A stretch of 64,000 nt of DNA from assembly GCA_001643675.2 (NCBI GenBank), contig LSRY02000035.1:1010682-1074681 (forward strand), given 5' to 3'. This document shows, in pieces, positions 53,890-64,000 of the stretch. Position 1 is the stretch's first letter, and each line of letters opens with the position of its first letter. The DNA comes from Monocercomonoides exilis PA203. Taxonomy: Eukaryota > Protista > Preaxostyla. Position numbers and translations under genes: made by a program. The notes under the pieces were generated by a model that searched no databases, was not told where the DNA came from, and saw only the letters and a list, made by a program, of their open reading frames with translations.

Positions 53890-56800
53890 GGGTGAGCATT
53901 TGGGGTGGAGGCGAGCGATATGTGTGTGTCGCCAATTGTTACACGTTGCGCAGCAACTCGCATTCAATTCGGTTTGTAAGTTATTTTTATGCAATTTTTT
54001 AAATTTTTATTTTTTTTGTGTTGGCAGGCAAAATCTATCGATTTTGCTCAGAATTGACGATCCGAGGTTTTGAAAGGTGCAATTTGTTTTTATTTTTCTT
54101 TTTTAACTTTTGTCATAACACCTCCCAAACACACATTCTTTTTGTTGTCTGGTCATTCTTTCTTTTTTAAAAAAAATATTTTCATTTTTTCAGTCTATCT
54201 GAATGACCCCCTTTTTCAGTCATTTTTTCCTTCTTTATCAGAAAAGGGGTGAGCATTTGGGGTGGAGGCGAGCGATATGTGTGTGTCGCCAATTGTTACA
54301 CGTTGCGCAGCAACTCGCATTCAATTCGGTTTGTAAGTTATTTTTATGCAATTTTTTAAATTTTTATTTTTTTGTGTTGGCAGGCAAAATCTATCGATTT
54401 TGCTCAGAATTGACGATCCGAGGTTTTGAAAGGTGCAATTTGTTTTTATTTTTCTTTTTTAACTTTTGTCATAACACCTCCCAAACACACATTCTTTTTG
54501 TTGTCTGGTCATTCTTTCTTTTTTAAAAAAAAATATTTTCATTTTTTCAGTCTATCTGAATGACCCCCTTTTTCAGTCATTTTTCCTTCTTTATCAGAAA
54601 AGGGGTGAGCATTTGGGGTGGAGGCGAGCGATATGTGTGTGTCGCCAATTGTTACACGTTGCGCAGCAACTCGCATTCAATTCGGTTTGTAAGTTATTTT
54701 TATGCAATTTTTTAAATTTTTATTTTTTTTGTGTTGGCAGGCAAAATCTATCGATTTTGCTCAGAATTGACGATCCGAGGTTTTGAAAGGTGCAATTTGT
54801 TTTTATTTTTCTTTTTTAACTTTTGTCATAACACCTCCCAAACACACATTCTTTTTGTTGTCTGGTCATTCTTTCTTTTTTAAAAAAATATTTTCATTTT
54901 TTCAGTCTATCTGAATGACCCCCTTTTTCAGTCATTTTTCCTTCTTTATCAGAAAAGGGGTGAGCATTTGGGGTGGAGGCGAGCGATATGTGTGTGTCGC
55001 CAATTGTTACACGTTGCGCAGCAACTCGCATTCAATTCGGTTTGTAAGTTATTTTTATGCAATTTTTTTAAATTTTTATTTTTTTGTGTTGGCAGGCAAA
55101 ATCTATCGATTTTGCTCAGAATTGACGATCCGAGGTTTTGAAAGGTGCAATTTGTTTTTATTTTTCTTTTTTAACTTTTGTCATAACACCTCCCAAACAC
55201 ACATTCTTTTTGTTGTCTGGTCATTCTTTCTTTTTTAAAAAAAATATTTTCATTTTTTCAGTCTATCTGAATGACCCCCTTTTTCAGTCATTTTTTCCTT
55301 CTTTATCAGAAAAGGGGTGAGCATTTGGGGTGGAGGCGAGCGATATGTGTGTGTCGCCAATTGTTACACGTTGCGCAGCAACTCGCATTCAATTCGGTTT
55401 GTAAGTTATTTTTATGCAATTTTTTTAAATTTTTATTTTTTTGTGTTGGCAGGCAAAATCTATCGATTTTGCTCAGAATTGACGATCCGAGGTTTTGAAA
55501 GGTGCAATTTGTTTTTATTTTTCTTTTTTAACTTTTGTCATAACACCTCCCAAACACACATTCTTTTTGTTGTCTGGTCATTCTTTCTTTTTTAAAAAAA
55601 ATATTTTCATTTTTCAGTCTATCTGAATGACCCCCTTTTTCAGTCATGTTTTCCTTCTTTATCAGAAAAGGGGTGAGCATTTGGGGTGGAGGCGAGCGAT
55701 ATGTGTGTGTCGCCAATTGTTACACGTTGCGCAGCAACTCGCATTCAATTCGGTTTGTAAGTTATTTTTATGCAATTTTTTTAAATTTTTATTTTTTTGT
55801 GTTGGCAGGCAAAATCTATCGATTTTGCTCAGAATTGACGATCCGAGGTTTTGAAAGGTGCAATTTGTTTTTATTTTTCTTTTTTAACTTTTGTCATAAC
55901 ACCTCCCAAACACACATTCTTTTTGTTGTCTGGTCATTCTTTCTTTTTTAAAAAAAATATTTTCATTTTTCAGTCTATCTGAATGACCCCCTTTTTCAGT
56001 CATTTTTTCCTTCTTTATCAGAAAAGGGGTGAGCATTTGGGGTGGAGGCGAGCGATATGTGTGTGTCGCCAATTGTTACACGTTGCGCAGCAACTCGCAT
56101 TCAATTCGGTTTGTAAGTTATTTTTATGCAATTTTTTAAATTTTTATTTTTTTTGTGTTGGCAGGCAAAATCTATCGATTTTGCTCAGAATTGACGATCC
56201 GAGGTTTTGAAAGGTGCAATTTGTTTTTATTTTTCTTTTTTAACTTTTGTCATAACACCTCCCAAACACACATTCTTTTTGTTGTCTGGTCATTCTTTCT
56301 TTTTTAAAAAAATATTTTCATTTTTTCAGTCTATCTGAATGACCCCCTTTTTCAGTCATTTTTCCTTCTTTATCAGAAAAGGGGTGAGCATTTGGGGTGG
56401 AGGCGAGCGATATGTGTGTGTCGCCAATTGTTACACGTTGCGCAGCAACTCGCATTCAATTCGGTTTGTAAGTTATTTTTATGCAATTTTTTTAAATTTT
56501 TATTTTTTTTGTTGGCAGGCAAAATCTATCGATTTTGCTCAGAATTGACGATCCGAGGTTTTGAAAGGTGCAATTTGTTTTTATTTTTCTTTTTTAACTT
56601 TTGTCATAACACCTCCCAAACACACATTCTTTTTGTTGTCTGGTCATTCTTTCTTTTTTAAAAAAAATATTTTCATTTTTCAGTCTATCTGAATGACCCC
56701 CTTTTTCAGTCATTTTTTCCTTCTTTATCAGAAAAGGGGTGAGCATTTGGGGTGGAGGCGAGCGATATGTGTGTGTCGCCAATTGTTACACGTTGCGCAG

Positions 56801-59800
56801 CAACTCGCATTCAATTCGGTTTGTAAGTTATTTTTATGCAATTTTTTAAATTTTTATTTTTTTTGTGTTGGCAGGCAAAATCTATCGATTTTGCTCAGAA
56901 TTGACGATCCGAGGTTTTGAAAGGTGCAATTTGTTTTTATTTTTCTTTTTTAACTTTTGTCATAACACCTCCCAAACACACATTCTTTTTGTTGTCTGGT
57001 CATTCTTTCTTTTTTAAAAAAAATATTTTCATTTTTCAGTCTATCTGAATGACCCCCTTTTTCAGTCATTTTTTCCTTCTTTATCAGAAAAGGGGTGAGC
57101 ATTTGGGGTGGAGGCGAGCGATATGTGTGTGTCGCCAATTGTTACACGTTGCGCAGCAACTCGCATTCAATTCGGTTTGTAAGTTATTTTTATGCAATTT
57201 TTTTAAATTTTTATTTTTTTTTGTGTTGGCAGGCAAAATCTATCGATTTTGCTCAGAATTGACGATCCGAGGTTTTGAAAGGTGCAATTTGTTTTTATTT
57301 TTCTTTTTTAACTTTTGTCATAACACCTCCCAAACACACATTCTTTTTGTTGTCTGGTCATTCTTTCTTTTTAAAAAAAATATTTTCATTTTTTCAGTCT
57401 ATCTGAATGACCCCCTTTTTCAGTCATTTTTTCCTTCTTTATCAGAAAAGGGGTGAGCATTTGGGGTGGAGGCGAGCGATATGTGTGTGTCGCCAATTGT
57501 TACACGTTGCGCAGCAACTCGCATTCAATTCGGTTTGTAAGTTATTTTTATGCAATTTTTTAAATTTTTATTTTTTTTGTGTTGGCAGGCAAAATCTATC
57601 GATTTTGCTCAGAATTGACGATCCGAGGTTTTGAAAGGTGCAATTTGTTTTTATTTTTCTTTTTAACTTTTGTCATAACACCTCCCAAACACACATTCTT
57701 TTTGTTGTCTGGTCATTCTTTCTTTTTTAAAAAAAATATTTTCATTTTTCAGTCTATCTGAATGACCCCCTTTTTCAGTCATTTTTTCCTTCTTTATCAG
57801 AAAAGGGGTGAGCATTTGGGGTGGAGGCGAGCGATATGTGTGTGTCGCCAATTGTTACACGTTGCGCAGCAACTCGCATTCAATTCGGTTTGTAAGTTAT
57901 TTTTATGCAATTTTTTAAATTTTTATTTTTTTTGTGTTGGCAGGCAAAATCTATCGATTTTGCTCAGAATTGACGATCCGAGGTTTTGAAAGGTGCAATT
58001 TGTTTTTATTTTTCTTTTTTAACTTTTGTCATAACACCTCCCAAACACACATTCTTTTTGTTGTCTGGTCATTCTTTCTTTTTTAAAAAAAATATTTTCA
58101 TTTTTTCAGTCTATCTGAATGACCCCCTTTTTCAGTCATTTTTTCCTTCTTTATCAGAAAAGGGGTGAGCATTTGGGGTGGAGGCGAGCGATATGTGTGT
58201 GTCGCCAATTGTTACACGTTGCGCAGCAACTCGCATTCAATTCGGTTTGTAAGTTATTTTTATGCAATTTTTTTAAATTTTTATTTTTTTGTGTTGGCAG
58301 GCAAAATCTATCGATTTTGCTCAGAATTGACGATCCGAGGTTTTGAAAGGTGCAATTTGTTTTTATTTTTCTTTTTTAACTTTTGTCATAACACCTCCCA
58401 AACACACATTCTTTTTGTTGTCTGGTCATTCTTTCTTTTTTAAAAAAAATATTTTCATTTTTTCAGTCTATCTGAATGACCCCCTTTTTCAGTCATTTTT
58501 TCCTTCTTTATCAGAAAAGGGGTGAGCATTTGGGGTGGAGGCGAGCGATATGTGTGTGTCGCCAATTGTTACACGTTGCGCAGCAACTCGCATTCAATTC
58601 GGTTTGTAAGTTATTTTTATGCAATTTTTTTAAATTTTTATTTTTTTGTGTTGGCAGGCAAAATCTATCGATTTTGCTCAGAATTGACGATCCGAGGTTT
58701 TGAAAGGTGCAATTTGTTTTTATTTTTCTTTTTTAACTTTTGTCATAACACCTCCCAAACACACATTCTTTTTGTTGTCTGGTCATTCTTTCTTTTTTAA
58801 AAAAATATTTTCATTTTTTCAGTCTATCTGAATGACCCCCTTTTTCAGTCATTTTTCCTTCTTTATCAGAAAAGGGGTGAGCATTTGGGGTGGAGGCGAG
58901 CGATATGTGTGTGTCGCCAATTGTTACACGTTGCGCAGCAACTCGCATTCAATTCGGTTTGTAAGTTATTTTTATGCAATTTTTTAAATTTTTATTTTTT
59001 TGTGTTGGCAGGCAAAATCTATCGATTTTGCTCAGAATTGACGATCCGAGGTTTTGAAAGGTGCAATTTGTTTTTATTTTTCTTTTTTAACTTTTGTCAT
59101 AACACCTCCCAAACACACATTCTTTTTGTTGTCTGGTCATTCTTTCTTTTTAAAAAAAATATTTTCATTTTTCAGTCTATCTGAATGACCCCCTTTTTCA
59201 GTCATTTTTCCTTCTTTATCAGAAAAGGGGTGAGCATTTGGGGTGGAGGCGAGCGATATGTGTGTGTCGCCAATTGTTACACGTTGCGCAGCAACTCGCA
59301 TTCAATTCGGTTTGTAAGTTATTTTTATGCAATTTTTTAAATTTTTATTTTTTTTGTGTTGGCAGGCAAAATCTATCGATTTTGCTCAGAATTGACGATC
59401 CGAGGTTTTGAAAGGTGCAATTTGTTTTTATTTTTCTTTTTTAACTTTTGTCATAACACCTCCCAAACACACATTCTTTTTGTTGTCTGGTCATTCTTTC
59501 TTTTTTAAAAAAATATTTTCATTTTTTCAGTCTATCTGAATGACCCCCTTTTTCAGTCATTTTTTCCTTCTTTATCAGAAAAGGGGTGAGCATTTGGGGT
59601 GGAGGCGAGCGATATGTGTGTGTCGCCAATTGTTACACGTTGCGCAGCAACTCGCATTCAATTCGGTTTGTAAGTTATTTTTATGCAATTTTTTAAATTT
59701 TTATTTTTTTTGTGTTGGCAGGCAAAATCTATCGATTTTGCTCAGAATTAACGATCCGAGGTTTTGAAAGGTGCAATTTGTTTTTATTTTTCTTTTTAAC

Positions 59801-60580
59801 TTTTGTCATAACACCTCCCAAACACACATTCTTTTTGTTGTCTGGTCATTCTTTCTTTTTAAAAAAATATTTTCATTTTTCAGTCTATCTGAATGACCCC
59901 CTTTTTCAGTCATTTTTCCTTCTTTATCAGAAAAGGGGTGAGCATTTGGGGTGGAGGCGAGCGATATGTGTGTGTCGCCAATTGTTACACGTTGCGCAGC
60001 AACTCGCATTCAATTCGGTTTGTAAGTTATTTTTATGCAATTTTTTAAATTTTTATTTTTTTTGTGTTGGCAGGCAAAATCTATCGATTTTGCTCAGAAT
60101 TGACGATCCGAGGTTTTGAAAGGTGCAATTTGTTTTTATTTTTCTTTTTTAACTTTTGTCATAACACCTCCCAAACACACATTCTTTTTGTTGTCTGGTC
60201 ATTCTTTCTTTTTAAAAAAAATATTTTCATTTTTTCAGTCTATCTGAATGACCCCCTTTTTCAGTCATTTTTCCTTCTTTATCAGAAAAGGGGTGAGCAT
60301 TTGGGGTGGAGGCGAGCGATATGTGTGTGTCGCCAATTGTTACACGTTGCGCAGCAACTCGCATTCAATTCGGTTTGTAAGTTATTTTTATGCAATTTTT
60401 TTAAATTTTTATTTTTTTGTGTTGGCAGGCAAAATCTATCGATTTTGCTCAGAATTGACGATCCGAGGTTTTGAAAGGTGCAATTTGTTTTTATTTTTCT
60501 TTTTTAACTTTTGTCATAACACCTCCCAAACACACATTCTTTTTGTTGTCTGGTCATTCTTTCTTTTTTAAAAAAAATAT
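53877..60580. repeat. Subtelomeric satellite, about 356-bp unit, about 19 copies (last one truncated)
   Basis: The unit marker ttatcagaaaaggggtgagc recurs at about 53878, 54235, 54591 and onward to about 60279. Copies differ almost only in homopolymer length. Confidence 0.97.
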
Positions 60581-63500
60581 TAGGGTTAGGGTTAGGGTTA
60601 GGTTAGGGTTAGGGTTAGGGTTTAGGTTAGGGTTAGGGTTAGGGTTAGGGTTAGGGTTAGGGTTAGGTTCAAACTAGGTTAGGGTTAGGGTTAGGTTAGG
60701 GTTAGGGTTAGGGTTAGGGTTAGGGTTAGGGTTCAGGGTTAGGTTAGGGTTAGGGTTAGGGTTAGGGTTAGGGTTAGGGTTAGGGTTAGGGTTAGGGTTA
60801 GGGTTAGGGTTAGGGTTAGGGTTAGGGTTAGGGTTAGGGTTAGGGTTAGGGTTAGGGTTAGGGTTAGGGTTAGGGTTAGGGTTAGGGTTAGGGTTAGGGT
60901 TAGGGTTAGGGTTAGGGTTAGGGTTAGGGTTAGGGTTAGGGTTAGGGTTAGGGTTAGGGTTAGGGTTAGGTTAGGGTTAGGTTAGGGTTAGGGTTAGGGT
61001 TAGGGTTAGGGTTCAAACTAGGTTAGGTTAGGGTTAGGGTTAGGGTTAGGTTAGGGTTAGGGTTAGGGTTAGGGTTAGGGTTAGGGTTAGGGTTAGGGTT
61101 AGGGTTAGGGTTAGGGTTAGGGTTAGGTTAGGTTAGGGTTAGGGTTAGGGTTAGGGTTAGGGTTAGGGTTAGGGTTAGGGTTAGGGTTAGGGTTAGGGTT
61201 AGGGTTAGGGTTAGGGTTAGGGTTAGGGTTAAGGGTTAGGGTTAGGGTTAGGTTAGGGTTAGGGTTAGGGTTAGGGTTAGGGGTTAGGGTTAGGGTTAGG
61301 GTTAGGGTTAGGGTTAGGGTTAGGGTTAGGGTTAGGGTTAGGGTTAGGGTTAGGGTTAGGGTTAGGGTTAGGGTTAGGGTTCAAACTAGGTTAGGGTTAG
61401 GGTTAGGGTTAGGTTAGGGTTAGGGGTTAGGGTTAGGGTTAGGGTTAGGGTTAGGGTTAGGGGTTAGGGTTAGGGTTAGGGTTAGGGTTAGGGTTAGGGT
61501 TAGGGTTAGGGTTAGGGTTAGGGTTAGGGTTAGGGTTAGGGTTAGGGTTAGGGTTAGGGTTAGGGTTAGGGTTAGGGTTAGGGTTAGGTTAGGGTTAGGG
61601 TTAGGGTTAGGGTTAGGGTTAGGGTTAGGGTTAGGGTTAGGGTTAGGGTTAGGGTTAGGTTAGGGTTAGGGTTAGGGTTAGGGTTAGGGTTAGGGTTAGG
61701 GGTTAGGGTTAGGGTTAGGGTTAGGGTTAGGTTAGGGTTAGGGTTAGGGTTAGGGTTAGGTGGGTTAGGGTTAGGGGTTAGGGTTAGGGTTAGGGTTAGG
61801 TTAGGTTAGGGTTAGGGTTAGGTTAGGGTTAGGGTTAGGGTTAGGGGTTAGGTTAGGGTTAGGGTTAGGGTTAGGTTAGGTTAGGGTTAGGGTTAGGGTT
61901 AGGTTAGGGTTAGGTTAGGGTTAGGGTTAGGGTTAGGGTTAGGTTAGGGTTAGGGTTAGGTTAGGGTTAGGGTTAGGGTTAGGGTTAGGGTTAGGGTTAG
62001 GGTTAGGGGTTAGGGTTAGGGTTAGGGTTAGGTTAGGTTAGGGTTAGGGTTAGGGTTAGGTTAGGGGTTAGGGTTAGGGTTAGGTTAGGGTTAGGTTAGG
62101 GTTAGGGTTAGGGGTTAGGGTTAGGGTTAGGTTAGGGTTAGGGTTAGGGTTAGGTTAGGGTTAGGGTTAGGGTTAGGGTTAGGGTTAGGGGTTAGGGTTA
62201 GGTTAGGGTTAGGGGTTAGGGTTAGGGTTAGGGTTAGGGTTAGGGGTTAGGGTTAGGGTTAGGGTTAGGGTTAGGGTTAGGGTTAGGGTTAGGGTTAGGG
62301 TTAGGGTTAGGGTTAGGGTTAGGGTTAGGGTTAGGTTAGGGTTAGGTTAGGGTTAGGGTTAGGGTTAGGGTTAGGGTTAGGGTTAGGGTTAGGTTAGGGT
62401 TAGGGTTAGGGTTAGGGTTAGGGTTAGGGTTAGGGTTAGGGTTAGGGTTAGGGTTAGGGTTAGGGTTAGGGGTTAGGGTTAGGGTTAGGTTAGGGTTAGG
62501 GTTAGGGTTAGGGTTAGGGGTTAGGGTTAGGGTTAGGGTTAGGGTTAGGGTTAGGGTTAGGGTTAGGGTTAGGGTTAGGGTTAGGGTTAGGGTTAGGGTT
62601 AGGGTTAGGGTTAGGGTTAGGTTAGGGTTAGGTTAGGGGTTAGGGTTAGGGTTAGGGTTAGGGGTTAGGGTTAGGGTTAGGGTTAGGGTTAGGGTTAGGG
62701 TTAGGGTTAGGGTTAGGGTTAGGGTTAGGGTTAGGGTTAGGGTTAGGGTTAGGGTTAGGTTAGGGTTAGGGTTAGGGTTAGGTTAGGGTTAGGGTTAGGG
62801 TTAGGTTAGGGGTTAGGGTTAGGGGTTAGGGTTAGGGTTAGGGTTAGGGTTAGGGTTGAGTTAGGTTAGGGTTAGGTTAGGGTTAGGGTTAGGGTTAGGG
62901 TTAGGGTTAGGGTTAGGGTTAGGGTTAGGGTTAGGGTTAGGGTTAGGGTTAGGTTAGGTTAGGGTTAGGGTTAGGGTTAGGGTTAGGGTTAGGTTAGGTT
63001 AGGGTTAGGGTTAGGGGTTAGGGTTAGGGTTAGGGTTAGGTTAGGTTAGGGTTAGGGTTAGGGTTAGGGTTAGGGTTAGGGTTAGGGGTTAGGGTTAGGG
63101 TTAGGGTTAGGGTTAGGTTAGGGTTAGGGTTAGGGTTAGGGTTAGGGTTAGGTTAGGGTTAGGGGTTAGGGTTAGGGTTAGGGTTAGGGTTAGGGGTTAG
63201 GGTTAGGTTAGGGTTAGGGTTAGGGTTAGGTTAGGGTTAGGGTTAGGGTTAGGGTTGGGTTAGGGTTAAGGTTAGGTTAAGGTTAAGGTTAAGGTTAAGG
63301 TTAAGGTTAAGGTTAAGGTTAAAGTTAGGTTAAAGTTAAGGTTAAGGTTAAGGTTAAGGTTAAGTTAAGGTTAAGGTTAAGGTTAGGTTAAAGGTTGAGT
63401 TAGGTTAGGAGTTAGGAGTTAGGTTTGGTTAGGTTAGGGTTAAGGGTTAAAGGTTAGGTTAGGAGTTAGGAGTTAGGAGTTAGGGTTAGGGTTAGGGTTA

Positions 63501-64000
63501 GGTTAGGTTAGGGTTAGGGTTAAGGTTAGGGTTAGGTTAGGGTTAGGGTTAGGGTTCAGGTTAGGGTTAGGGTTAGGGGTTAGGGTTAGGGTTAGGGTTA
63601 GGGTTAGGGTTGGCCAAGGTTAGGTTAGGGTTAGGGTTAGGGTTAGGGTTGGGGTTAGGGTTAGGGTTAGGGTTAGGGTTAGGGTTAGGGTTGGGGTTGA
63701 GGGTTAGGGTTAAAAGGTTAGGGTTAAGGTTAGGAGTTAGGGTTAAGGTTAGGATTAGGGTTGGGGTTAGGGTTAGAGGTTAGGGTTAGGTTAGGGTTAG
63801 GGTTAGGGTTAGGGTTAGGGTTAGGGTGAGGTTAGGGTTAGGGTTAGGGTTAGGGTTAGGGTTAGGGTTAGGGTTAGGTTAGGGTTAGGGTTAGGGTTAG
63901 GGTTAGGGTTAGGGTTAGGGTTAGGGTTAGGGTTAGGGTTAGGGTTAGGAGGGTTAGGGTTAGGTTGGTTAGGTTAGGGTTAGGGTTAGGGTTAGGGTTT
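60579..64000 (+). repeat. Telomere (TTAGGG)n with TTAGG/TTAGGGG variants
   Basis: About 3.4 kb of repeat, G-rich strand oriented toward the end of the window. Confidence 0.99.

Noticed and set aside
53831-60677. Many repeated 60-136-aa ORFs in the satellite; possible CRISPR-like array
   Set aside because: Reading frames change with homopolymer length, and the units are identical with no unique spacers. This is a satellite, not genes or CRISPR.
63255-63800. TTAAGG and GGAGTT variant blocks in the distal telomere
   Set aside because: Low-coverage contig end; these resemble long-read base-calling errors in telomeric repeats.

Overview
AT-rich, intron-containing eukaryotic chromosome end running into a (TTAGGG)n telomere. 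Gene style and an '...EEEGYED...FVNV' multigene family suggest an oxymonad such as Monocercomonoides (inference only). Order from left to right: (1) ordinary genes: a C2-domain protein, a TMEM62-like metallophosphoesterase and a coiled-coil protein (0-8.3 kb); (2) three copies of a lineage-specific gene family plus a TCT/TCC microsatellite (8.5-21 kb); (3) a decayed DIRS-type retrotransposon with gag, RT/RNaseH/methyltransferase, tyrosine recombinase (YR), terminal inverted repeats and an internal complementary region (22.75-28.8 kb); (4) four co-oriented Crypton-like YR genes with a Merlin transposase remnant among them (30.7-49.6 kb); (5) about 19 copies of a 356-bp satellite starting at a perfect 23-bp-arm palindrome; (6) the telomere from about 60579. 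Main candidate for a new system: the two distal YR genes contain introns, keep the catalytic residues and have a downstream Myb domain, one with a telobox-like 'DLKDRWRNL' motif. Each lies in a unit of about 7 kb that starts right after an interstitial telomeric tract, and decay increases away from the telomere. This suggests a telomere-targeting YR DNA transposon that has stacked up at the chromosome end.
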